A stretch of DNA of 64,000 bases from Candidatus Latescibacterota bacterium (GTDB lineage Bacteria > Latescibacterota > UBA2968), in NCBI GenBank assembly GCA_965204745.1, contig OZ242010.1, positions 1,984,001-2,048,000 of the forward strand. The letters are read 5' to 3'. This document shows positions 9,721 to 18,912 of this stretch, one piece after another. Position 1 is the stretch's first letter. Every line of letters starts with the position of its first letter. The notes under the pieces are model-generated. The model made no database searches. It worked only from the letters and a program-made list of their open reading frames with translations, and had not been told where the DNA came from. The position numbers and the translations under genes are program-made.

Positions 9721-10764
9721 ATGGCGACATATCTTTTGGGGGTAATCCCTTGGTTGCTTTTTGTTTTGTCGGGGTGCGGTGGGGGATATACGGGCGACAA
9801 CACGGCTTCGCGGATTGCCGAGCAGGAAGGCCCTGCTGTGGCCTTTGTGGTGGTTGAGAGAGAGGGGGGAAAGAGTCAAGGGTCGGGCATTGCCATCGAT
9901 GGGGCACAAGGTCATTTTCTGACCAACTGGCATGTGATTCAAGGCATGCGCGGACGCAAAGGGTGGGTGCGCGTGCAAGGCGCGGAGTGGATGCCCATTG
10001 TGGCCCTTGTGGCAAAAGACGAGCATAAGGACCTCGCGATTGTGAAGGCCGATTTGGGTGCGCAAGTCATCCACGAGGCGCGTTTGGGAAGCGTGACCGG
10101 GATAAAACCAGGAGATCCCGTGGTCGCGATTGGCAACCCGTTGGGCGAAGAATTTTCCGTCACCGATGGCATCGTCTCGCAAATACGCAATCAAGAGGGC
10201 TATAAGGTCGTTCAGACGACGGCGCCCATCTCGCCGGGCAACAGTGGCGGCCCCTTGTTTAATGAACTGGGCGAGGTGATAGGCGTTGTGACATTTACCA
10301 AACAAGATACGGCGAGGCTCGCCCAAAATCTCAACTACGCCGTGGCAATAGATGAAGCCAAACCTTTGCTGGGCAAAACGGATTACGAGTATAAGGTCGT
10401 GCCCGGCGTCGCCCCGCCGGATTACCTATCGCCCTCTCGGCTGTCCGTTTTATCGGGTTCGCTCAGGTGGGTTTTGTTGGGGATCATCATCGTTGGGATT
10501 TACTCATTTTCAACGCATGTGATCTTCAGATCCCTCATCAGAAATCGAGATCGGAGTCCCAATCAGGCGTTTGGTCTTTCGGCGGTGATTACGTTTTTGG
10601 GAAGCGCGTTGACCATCGTCTTTTTCCTCAGCGGATATTTGGATTATTTGCTGGGTTGGCAGACCACGTACGCCAAAGCCTTTTTCTGGTGGTCGGTCAT
10701 CATTTTTGTGATCGTCCTTGTAATCACTATTTTCATGACACGTACTCAGCGTCGAGAAAATTGA
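9721..10764 (+). CDS. trypsin-like (S1C/HtrA-type) serine protease with C-terminal TM helices, no PDZ
   Basis: Catalytic triad motifs TNWHV, DLAIVK, ISPGNSGGPL; lipobox-like VLSGC; three hydrophobic C-terminal segments. Confidence 0.9.
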   Translation: MATYLLGVIPWLLFVLSGCGGGYTGDNTASRIAEQEGPAVAFVVVEREGGKSQGSGIAIDGAQGHFLTNWHVIQGMRGRKGWVRVQGAEWMPIVALVAKDEHKDLAIVKADLGAQVIHEARLGSVTGIKPGDPVVAIGNPLGEEFSVTDGIVSQIRNQEGYKVVQTTAPISPGNSGGPLFNELGEVIGVVTFTKQDTARLAQNLNYAVAIDEAKPLLGKTDYEYKVVPGVAPPDYLSPSRLSVLSGSLRWVLLGIIIVGIYSFSTHVIFRSLIRNRDRSPNQAFGLSAVITFLGSALTIVFFLSGYLDYLLGWQTTYAKAFFWWSVIIFVIVLVITIFMTRTQRREN

Positions 10765-10777
10765 GCTGATGTCTTAA

Positions 10778-10929
10778 GAAGCTATCTCAAAATTATTGGG
10801 ACCTATCCCCCTAGCCCCCTTTCCTAGCAGGAAAGGGGGAATAAAGTCCCCTATTCTTGGGTTTTAATCTGCGAAAAGCGAATGTTTTTGCGGCTATTCA
10901 ATGGCGGTCAGGATTTTTAAGATGGCTTC
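10778..10929. mobile_element. small MITE family B (~152 bp)
   Basis: Imperfect TIR GAAGCTATCTCAAAA / TTTTAAGATGGCTTC flanked by TTAA on both sides; encloses one REP-like hairpin. Confidence 0.6.
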
Positions 10930-10944
10930 TTAAAACGAACTGGA

Positions 10945-11115
10945 ATCTGGCCCCTTCTGAAAGGGGATGAAGCAGATCGGTTTTGCGAGGGATTTGAGGT
11001 TTTTCATGGCCTTCTCCACACGCATCAAAGCCATCGCGCACAACCCTTGCATTCATCTATCGATCAAGCCTTGCTCCCCTTTCCTTGTAGGAAAGGGGCC
11101 GGGGGATAGGTCCCA
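10945..11115. repeat. REP-like doublet (CCCC...TTCC..GGAA.GGGG hairpins)
   Basis: Reverse-orientation relative of 39083-39280 and of the core of MITE copies 2-4. Confidence 0.75.
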
Positions 11116-11139
11116 AATCAAACACTTTGGAGGCAAACC

Positions 11140-14100
11140 ATGATGGAAACAGGAGCGACAGCAGAACGCATTGGCGGCGCGCAACGGGGAGAGGATCGAG
11201 TCAGTATCAGGCCAACTGTGCTGATCGGGTTGGGAGGTACGGGTAAGGAAGTGTTGCGGCGTCTCAGGCGGATGTTTTACGAAAAGTACCGGATGCCGGG
11301 CCTGCCCGTGATGGAGTTTCTCTGGTTTGATACGGACATCCGCAATATCGACATTACGAGAAAGGAAACGGATTTGCTGGATCGGCGCATCGATTTTTCG
11401 GCTCGTGAAATGGTGGATGGCAGTGTTGGGCCGCAAGAACTCGAAGCATACCGCAAAAACAAAGGGATGTACCCCCATATCTGGTCGTGGTTTCCCGATG
11501 CGCTTGACAGCCTTGCCTCGGATGCGATTACCCAGGGCGCAGGGCAGATTCGACCATGTGGGCGGTTGGCGTTTTTCCATCACTATGCCAAACTCCGCAT
11601 GGAGATCGAAAACAAAATCAAGCGCGTTCAAAGCGCGGATGCCGAGACAGAGATGAAACGGATGTTTCCCGACTACGATGCCGACTCGAATGATCTGGAA
11701 ATCGTGCTCGTCACGTCTATCGCTGGCGGGACGGGTTCGGGTTCGTTTATCGACATGGGCTTTCTGTGTCGAGACCTCGCCCCCAACGCCGTTAGGACAG
11801 CCTACTTGGTGTTGCCTTCTGTTTTTGATGGGGTTATAGGTGGAGCACGCCAGACGCCGCGGGCGAATGGGTTTGCCGCCATCAAGGAACTCGAACACTA
11901 TATGAAGCCTCGCTTTGATGCCCAAGGCAGTGATGGTAGCCGTCATACGACGCATATATTTGAGTGGGATGGCAGGCCGCACGAGGTCTCCGCGCCTCCG
12001 TTTTCGACCGTGTATTTGCTGGATGACAGAAATTTTGCTGGAGTCCGCGTTGAAGATTTTACCGATGTGTTTCAGATGATCGCCGAATTTCTGTTGCTCG
12101 ATTTCGATCAGACCCGGTTTGCGCTAGACAAGCGCAGTGTGCGCTCCAACATGGAGCAATTTTTACAGGAAGTCGCGACGTATAAAAACGATCATTACGT
12201 CCAGTACTTCCCGTGTCGATATGCCTCATTCGGTCTGTCGCAAATGGAGATCAACCAACCCCGCCTCGCCAATGCGGCATCCAATCGGTTCGCGCAGTAT
12301 TTGGTGGACTTTATCATCGCAGAAGAGAATGAAGTTCCCGCAGGATTTTCCACAGCCGATGTGTTGCCCCAACTAGCACAACTCGAGCTCACGGCAGACC
12401 GGCTGATCGGCCTCGCGTTGAACCGCCCGGGAGCAGATTTTACGCTCGCCGATGATGCTATCACTAAAAATTTGTCACCGGTTTTTGACGATCTTCAGCA
12501 GAAAATTCGGAAAGCACCCGAAGCGCGGGAAGTTGCGGTACTCGAAAATCAAGTGGCAGAAGCCAAATCAACGGTTGAAGGCATAACCCTTGAAATACAA
12601 CGAGAAGTGGCAGAAAAGCTCAAAGAGGAGGGAACGAGCAAAGGGGATGATATCAAACAGATCATCGACAATATTGACCGGCTGATTCCAAAGTTGGAAG
12701 ACGGATTAGAAGATTATTGTATCGGCTTGCTCTGCGATCCGATGGAATGTGGGCCCAACTATGTGGTCAGTTTCTTACAATACGGCAAGGAGGCGTTGGA
12801 AGGCGTGCTTGAGGAGTTGACTCGGCTGGCGAATGAGCCGATGGAAGGCCCCAAAGTTCCCGCTATCGACGTCGCGTTTTCAGAAGACTTTCATCTCTTT
12901 GACCAGCGGTTGAAAGAGGCGCGGGATATTCCTTTGGCTTGGCAAAGCAAAAAAATCGCGGTGCGTTACTACGAGGGGAAGAAACAAGAGGCTTTTCGAG
13001 AATGTACCCAGAAGGTCAACAGAGACCTACTCGATCAGGTGGAGGCGACGCGGCAGGAGCTCGCCGATTGGGTGCGGAAACGCTTTCGCAAGGATGCGGC
13101 CAGATTTCTCATCGATCCCGTCAAAAGAATCATCAGCCTGTTGGGAAGCCGAGCAGAGATTGTCGGAGATGATGGCAAGATCAGTCTCAGAGTGAGCGGC
13201 ATCCAGCAACAGGTTCAAATCTTCCGGGACAATCTACGGGAGATGAGCGGTGAGTTTTCAAAGATCCATCAGGCGTATATTCGGCGCGAAACGGGTGAGC
13301 GAAACTTGAATCTCACACCTGAGTTGAACTACGCTGAGGAAATCCCCGAGCATCTCCGGCGGGATAGAGAATGGCGGGAAACCGATCTGCGGCGTCTTTG
13401 CCAAAGGGCGTTGGAAAATTATTTTCGTTCTGAGGAGGCCAAAAACATATTTGCCAATCTCGCAACAGCAGCGGGTGAGGAGATCGACCTCATCAGGGCG
13501 GGGACGCGAGAGATATTCAATCGGTCTGCCAACAGTGACCGCGCCCCTCGCGATTGGGATGGCGTGCGAGAGACGATAGATAAGTACACCTTTCGGCTTT
13601 TCAAGGATTTCAAAACGGACCTTTACGCCACCGAAGAGTTGCGGCGGCGTTTTGGTGAGCGAGAGGAAATCGTCAAGCGAAGCCAGCGGGCCGCGCCTCG
13701 GGTTTCGACCGGTCGAGAATTGCCCGGGCTGAAGGATATTTCCGATAACCGCATCGGCGGAGACGCTGACTGGGTCAATGAAGTCAATCGCATTGCCTCG
13801 CCGGCCAAGGGCGATCCTTATGAGCCAACAGAGCACAGAAACGACGCCATCGTGTTTGTGAATCAATGGATGGCATTTCCCCTTTTATCCATTGGAAACA
13901 TAGATGACATGCACCGCGATTACAGGGCAGATATAGAGGCACAGGCTGACAATGTGTATAAGCGTCACATGATCGAAAATTATTTTCAATTTGCCGATAT
14001 TCTACCGCCGCAAAGCGATAGCGAAGTGCAGGCCCTGATTCAGGCACAGCGTGCGCTGATCAATGGGTTGCTTATGGGCATTGTCAACTACGATGACAGC

Positions 14101-14562
14101 CGGAAATTTCATCGTCCGTATATGATACGGGGCATTGAGGAGATGGACCGATACGGTCACGATCTCGAGCGCGCCCGGTTGAGCATAGGAAGTAGCCACG
14201 ACAAGAAAGACCGATTGGATGGCGAGATCCGAAAGATGGAAGATCAATGGCGCGGGGAACAGCGCGATGAGCGGTTTATGCAGCGGCTCGCGCTGAAGAG
14301 TTGGTTGCTCAACGAGGTGTTCCCCAAGACCTCAATTTACGTGTTGGATCGGGAAATTGAGGATACGGATAACACGTTTCGGCGATTGTTGAAGGAGTCC
14401 TACGATGAAGATTACGATCAGATGTTGAGACAATTCGGTTTGACCGAAGGAGAATTGGATGAGAAATTGGCAATGTTGATGGCTGAACTTGGCGATTTCG
14501 CTACTCCTTTGTCGTCGTATCGAGATGAGTTTTGCGAAGCTGATATTTATGTGATGAAGTGA
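11140..14562 (+). CDS. tubulin/FtsZ-like GTPase (Tubulin_2-type) with long helical C-terminal region, 1140 aa
   Basis: VLIGLGGTG and tubulin signature SIAGGTGSG; GAGQIRPCGRLAF; ANGFAAIKEL; GGAGG RBS. Confidence 0.9.
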   Translation: MMETGATAERIGGAQRGEDRVSIRPTVLIGLGGTGKEVLRRLRRMFYEKYRMPGLPVMEFLWFDTDIRNIDITRKETDLLDRRIDFSAREMVDGSVGPQELEAYRKNKGMYPHIWSWFPDALDSLASDAITQGAGQIRPCGRLAFFHHYAKLRMEIENKIKRVQSADAETEMKRMFPDYDADSNDLEIVLVTSIAGGTGSGSFIDMGFLCRDLAPNAVRTAYLVLPSVFDGVIGGARQTPRANGFAAIKELEHYMKPRFDAQGSDGSRHTTHIFEWDGRPHEVSAPPFSTVYLLDDRNFAGVRVEDFTDVFQMIAEFLLLDFDQTRFALDKRSVRSNMEQFLQEVATYKNDHYVQYFPCRYASFGLSQMEINQPRLANAASNRFAQYLVDFIIAEENEVPAGFSTADVLPQLAQLELTADRLIGLALNRPGADFTLADDAITKNLSPVFDDLQQKIRKAPEAREVAVLENQVAEAKSTVEGITLEIQREVAEKLKEEGTSKGDDIKQIIDNIDRLIPKLEDGLEDYCIGLLCDPMECGPNYVVSFLQYGKEALEGVLEELTRLANEPMEGPKVPAIDVAFSEDFHLFDQRLKEARDIPLAWQSKKIAVRYYEGKKQEAFRECTQKVNRDLLDQVEATRQELADWVRKRFRKDAARFLIDPVKRIISLLGSRAEIVGDDGKISLRVSGIQQQVQIFRDNLREMSGEFSKIHQAYIRRETGERNLNLTPELNYAEEIPEHLRRDREWRETDLRRLCQRALENYFRSEEAKNIFANLATAAGEEIDLIRAGTREIFNRSANSDRAPRDWDGVRETIDKYTFRLFKDFKTDLYATEELRRRFGEREEIVKRSQRAAPRVSTGRELPGLKDISDNRIGGDADWVNEVNRIASPAKGDPYEPTEHRNDAIVFVNQWMAFPLLSIGNIDDMHRDYRADIEAQADNVYKRHMIENYFQFADILPPQSDSEVQALIQAQRALINGLLMGIVNYDDSRKFHRPYMIRGIEEMDRYGHDLERARLSIGSSHDKKDRLDGEIRKMEDQWRGEQRDERFMQRLALKSWLLNEVFPKTSIYVLDREIEDTDNTFRRLLKESYDEDYDQMLRQFGLTEGELDEKLAMLMAELGDFATPLSSYRDEFCEADIYVMK

Positions 14563-14642
14563 CACACTCCCCCTTTCATTGTAGGCACAGGCGTAGCCTA
14601 CAATGAGCGAAGCGAATAACGGGGCCGGAGGGATAGGTCATC

Positions 14643-17600
14643 ATGAACAGTAACATCCATTGTCCCAGGTGTGGTTGGCGCGTTTCCCGCGAGGATCGTT
14701 TCTGCGGGGGTTGTGCGTATAAGTTGGTGATTTTGAAAGTCAGTCCCGACCCGGATGAAGACTTGGGTGGTCGTGCGTGGACAATTTTTGATGGCATCCC
14801 CATCGCGCTGAAGCTGAGAAATGCAGGGATCAATCCCATAGAAATTTCGGAGTTGTCGGCATCCGGATTCGAGATTACCCAATGGCACGGCACTATTGAA
14901 CCGCCATATACGCTCAATGTCGATGAAAGTGTGGAATTGCGTTGCTCGCATGATGCTCCCGAAGGCGGCGGCGGCCGGTTGGAGTTGCTTTCGTCGAGTG
15001 ACCCCGTCGATCTTTTTGTGCGATGCCAGAAAGCACCGGAAATTTCGCTCGCTTCACAAGATGATCATGTGTTGAGGCACGACACAGACGAACCGCAGGT
15101 GTGTGACATGAATCCTGACGAGGGACGCATCGGCTTTACCCTTTGTCACGATTCTCCGCTGATGCTTCAGGCGGCTCCTTATTTGTCTGAAGGCGAATCT
15201 CATTTTGTTTTGCGTGGATTGCCAGAGGCATTCCCCCATCAACTCTCGCCTGACCATCGCTTTCGATTTGGCTTTATTCGGCGACAGGATTTTTCCGAGG
15301 AGACTTGTCGTGCGGTTCTCAATTTTCCTTTTGATGGCTTGGGCGAGATCGTATTCGATTTCTCGGTGCGCTATGTTGAGAGGCCAAAGATCGATTGGCA
15401 GTTCAGCCGCCGATTTGTGAACGAGGACGCACTGGTATCCGGCGGAAAGGAGAAGATAGATTTCGCACTTACCATAACGCACGAGGGTGGGCCACCCCTG
15501 CGAATCGAGCGGGTTGAATCAAATCGGGAGTGGCTCGAGGTAAAAAGTCAGATAACAGATCAAAATTCCATTCTGATCGATTCCTCAAGTGCTGAAATTG
15601 ATTTGCTTCTCAATCGAGGTATTCTTCCGATAGAGCAGGCTACCGCCCTTGATGCCACGCTGGACATCGAGGGAATCCCCGTTGGGGAAGACGCAATATT
15701 CCGCGAGTCAATTTCTCTTCCGGTTCAGATCCGACCGCCCCAAGCTCTGGAGTATCCCATTGCGGTCGATTTTGGCACCACCAATTCGTGTATTGCATAT
15801 CAGGATCCCCAAGACGGAAACCGCGAGAAATTGTTGCGATGGGGGGTGGGTGAAGGCGAACTCCCCTCGGTGTTTCAGTTTTTGGCGATTGCAGAGCCAG
15901 ATGATTATTTGGACGTGTTACAGGCGTTGGGGCCTGATGAAAGGCGTACGGAGTTGAAGGAGCAGGAGGTCTTTTTGCGATTTGGCGACACGCTGACAGA
16001 CCTGCGGTTCAGTGCTGAAAATATCCCGTCCATTTCATGGGGCTTCAAACACAACTTGAGAACGCCCGACGAGAAGGTCACGCGCAACGATTTGGGCACA
16101 GGGAGCATCAGCATAAACGGAAGGCGCTATACCCGGGGCAATAGATATGTTGAGGTTGATGCGATAGAGATGGTGGGGCTTTATCTCCGTTTTCTCTTGG
16201 AGCGTTTTCAAGAGATGACGGGTTATTTCCCTTTGGAAGCGGTTTTTACGTATCCCGCGGTTTTTAACCATCACAAGGCGGCATTGAAAAAAGCCATTGA
16301 ATGGGCTACGGAAGGGATGAAGCTCGAAAAATTTATTTTGGATATCAGCGAGCCGGAAGCCATTGCCCTCGATTATGCGCTGGATCTCGCTGCGACACTG
16401 GAGCGAGGTCAAACGATTGTTTATGGCGTTTTCGATTGCGGGGGAGGGACGACGGATATTTCCATTGTCCGGTTGACTTCCCAAACCGAAGGACGTCCGG
16501 ATGTCGAGATTCTCGGTTCTGACGGGGATAATTCACTCGGTGGCAACTTGCTGTCTTTTCGGCTCGCACGATATTTGTATGCTCAGATCGTCCCGGAACT
16601 CTATCGGACACAATTCCCGTTTCCCAAGACCTTGAATGAGGCGCTGAGAAGTCAAAATGAAAATTTCATAACGCTCTATGAACTGGCGGAAAGAATAAAG
16701 GAGAATAGCAAAATACTGTCCGATTTTGAAGACGCGCTGGATGATGCCCAATCGCTTCATCCAACGGGGAAAGGCATTTTAGATCTGATTGAAGACCCCG
16801 ATATTACCGTGAACTGGCCGCGCATTGTTCTCTCGGAGACTGATGGCACCGCGCTGGAGGTCAGGGGTACGGAACGTTTGTTGGGTGAAACAAAACTCGG
16901 AGATATGGCCCCGTTGGATATCGGTGATCTCTATGACGCGGTTCGCGGGGATTTGGAAAAGGGCTTTGAGAAGCTCGATCAAATGCAGGCGTATCTGTTC
17001 GAGAAAGAGCGGATCGCCGACCTTGAATTGGATTGTCTGATTTTGGAAGGCAATTCCTCTCGTTTTCCGTTGGTCAAACGGGTTGCCGAAGAAAAGGCAC
17101 GCACGAAAAAAATTATTTTCAATCCCAAAAAATTAAAAAGAAGCGTGGCTTTGGGGAGTATCGAATACGGAGCGAGTTTGAAGGCTTTGCCGACGGGCAC
17201 TTTGCAAGGATCAAGCGATTCGAGTATCGAATACGGAGCGAGTTTGAAGGACTCCACGCGGCCGCGCATAATGGGAATACACAAATTGAATTATCCGATA
17301 TGCAGAAGTGCTTTTACCCATTTTGTGCCCATTTTTGACCGCTGGACACCTTTGAAGCCGAATACGACCATCACCCCTGAAACCCCGTCTCCCACCATCC
17401 CGACAGAAACGGCACGGGGCGAGATTGGGCTTTTTGAGTTTTTTGGATGGGATTTCAACACGCGGCTAACCCAAGGGGGAAATAGGGTCGCTGCCGCGTT
17501 GCGCGTGCCGATTGAAGATGACGCATTTCAACAGGCGCGATTTTGGACTTATTGCTTGGAATTGCGGTGCGATGCAGAGGGAAAGGCGAGCCTGTGGTAT

Positions 17601-17690
17601 AATTATCGCGTTGGCAATGAAGCGGATGGCAGTGACTTTGAACTCGTCTGGGAAGAACATCGACATTGTGCGGGCTTTTCCTATACCTAG
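14643..17690 (+). CDS. Zn-ribbon + beta-sandwich + Hsp70/actin-like ATPase domain protein
   Basis: CPRCG...RFCGGC; AVDFGTTNS, FTYPAVF, SEPEAIA, FDCGGGTTDIS, LGGN, LEGNSSRFP, SVALG; no canonical DnaK substrate-binding domain visible. Confidence 0.85.
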   Translation: MNSNIHCPRCGWRVSREDRFCGGCAYKLVILKVSPDPDEDLGGRAWTIFDGIPIALKLRNAGINPIEISELSASGFEITQWHGTIEPPYTLNVDESVELRCSHDAPEGGGGRLELLSSSDPVDLFVRCQKAPEISLASQDDHVLRHDTDEPQVCDMNPDEGRIGFTLCHDSPLMLQAAPYLSEGESHFVLRGLPEAFPHQLSPDHRFRFGFIRRQDFSEETCRAVLNFPFDGLGEIVFDFSVRYVERPKIDWQFSRRFVNEDALVSGGKEKIDFALTITHEGGPPLRIERVESNREWLEVKSQITDQNSILIDSSSAEIDLLLNRGILPIEQATALDATLDIEGIPVGEDAIFRESISLPVQIRPPQALEYPIAVDFGTTNSCIAYQDPQDGNREKLLRWGVGEGELPSVFQFLAIAEPDDYLDVLQALGPDERRTELKEQEVFLRFGDTLTDLRFSAENIPSISWGFKHNLRTPDEKVTRNDLGTGSISINGRRYTRGNRYVEVDAIEMVGLYLRFLLERFQEMTGYFPLEAVFTYPAVFNHHKAALKKAIEWATEGMKLEKFILDISEPEAIALDYALDLAATLERGQTIVYGVFDCGGGTTDISIVRLTSQTEGRPDVEILGSDGDNSLGGNLLSFRLARYLYAQIVPELYRTQFPFPKTLNEALRSQNENFITLYELAERIKENSKILSDFEDALDDAQSLHPTGKGILDLIEDPDITVNWPRIVLSETDGTALEVRGTERLLGETKLGDMAPLDIGDLYDAVRGDLEKGFEKLDQMQAYLFEKERIADLELDCLILEGNSSRFPLVKRVAEEKARTKKIIFNPKKLKRSVALGSIEYGASLKALPTGTLQGSSDSSIEYGASLKDSTRPRIMGIHKLNYPICRSAFTHFVPIFDRWTPLKPNTTITPETPSPTIPTETARGEIGLFEFFGWDFNTRLTQGGNRVAAALRVPIEDDAFQQARFWTYCLELRCDAEGKASLWYNYRVGNEADGSDFELVWEEHRHCAGFSYT

Positions 17691-18067
17691 GTCGTGTTGA
17701 CATTTTATTTTTTTAACGTTCCACACAGATTAGCAAATGTGTTGCTTGTTCATTTAAGGTGCTTCCTTTGATGGCTTCTCGCTCTGGTTGCTCTGATGGC
17801 GTTGCGCTGGGGGACCTATCCCCCGGCCCCTTTCCTACGAGGAAAGGGGAGTAAAGCTCCTTTGATGGCTTCTCGCTCTGGTTGCTCTGATGGCGTTGAC
17901 CGAGGGCATAAAGCGATTAAATATCCCTCATCAATCCCCTCGCAAAACCGCTCACAGTTCCCCCCTTCCTCGCAGGAAGGGGGGTTAGGGGGGTAGGTCC
18001 CGATAGGGCTTGATTTTCTCGATAAACCGCTCAAGCCGGTGCATGGCTCGTAAATGTCAACAGAACC
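17690..18067 (-). mobile_element. MITE family A, copy 2 (~378 bp)
   Basis: GGTCGTGTTGACATTT / AAATGTCAACAGAACC with TA on both sides; inserted in the stop codon of the Hsp70-like gene. Confidence 0.85.
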
Positions 18068-18091
18068 TAGTGATATTCGTGGAGATGAATC

Positions 18092-18898
18092 ATGTTTGAA
18101 GAACTGTTTTATCCATTATCGAGCACCATCATCTCTCTAATCGCACTTGCGTGCGTTTGTCTTTGGGTGAGAAAGCAGGTTTTGGGGTTGCGTGCAGAAG
18201 CAGAACGCAGGGAGGCAAAGCGCGAAAAGAGCGATCAGAATGCAGAAGAGGTTGAATGGCTGAAACGTTTGAAGGCAGGTCTTGAAGAGAGGGTGAGGGG
18301 CGTTGCAGAACGCGCAATAGCGGAAGAACACAGGCGCGAACTGAAAAAGCGCGTGGCGTATTTGAGGCGGTTTCTGGCGGCATTGGCAGAACTAGAAAGC
18401 GCGATGTCGGCGGAAGACCGCGTTTCTTTTGCGGTATATGTGGATCGGGAAATCGAGAAGCCCTTAAAACAGATGCGGGATCTGTTGACGCTGTGCGAAA
18501 TGCAAAATGCGTCGACGGATCCGGTGCTTTTGCTCAAGGGAGCTCTGCTCGGGGAAGAGGTTTTTAGTGCGTCTTCAATCGCGAGCCTTTTGCGGCGCAC
18601 GCGCCCCGGGCAGATGATCCGATATTTCTTGCCGGAAATTGACAGTCGCGTCACCGAGAACGGGCAGGAGAACGCGCAGCGCGTTTTTGATGGGATGACG
18701 GAATTAGGCGGGGATGAAGTGGAACTTATCGGTGCGCGCCCGGGCGCCCGGTTTGACACGAGCCAATACCAAATTGTCGGTCAAGACACGAGCGGCGGGC
18801 AACCTCGGGATAGTATTGTGAGATGCGTCGCGCACGGGCTTAAAAATGCCCAAACCGGAGAGACGGAACACAAAGCAAAAGTGATCATCGCTGGATAG
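18092..18898 (+). CDS. membrane-anchored GrpE-like protein
   Basis: N-terminal TM, coiled coil, C-terminal GARFDTSQYQIVG...SIVRCVAHGL...KAKVII resembling the GrpE beta domain (GxxFDP..H.Av...I..v...Gy......A.V.V). Confidence 0.65.
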   Translation: MFEELFYPLSSTIISLIALACVCLWVRKQVLGLRAEAERREAKREKSDQNAEEVEWLKRLKAGLEERVRGVAERAIAEEHRRELKKRVAYLRRFLAALAELESAMSAEDRVSFAVYVDREIEKPLKQMRDLLTLCEMQNASTDPVLLLKGALLGEEVFSASSIASLLRRTRPGQMIRYFLPEIDSRVTENGQENAQRVFDGMTELGGDEVELIGARPGARFDTSQYQIVGQDTSGGQPRDSIVRCVAHGLKNAQTGETEHKAKVIIAG

Positions 18899-18912
18899 GA
18901 AATAGGGCCGAT

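Noticed and set aside
17156-17250. CRISPR-like 29-bp repeat / 37-bp spacer
   Set aside because: Only two repeats, non-palindromic, in frame inside a CDS, and no cas genes in the window
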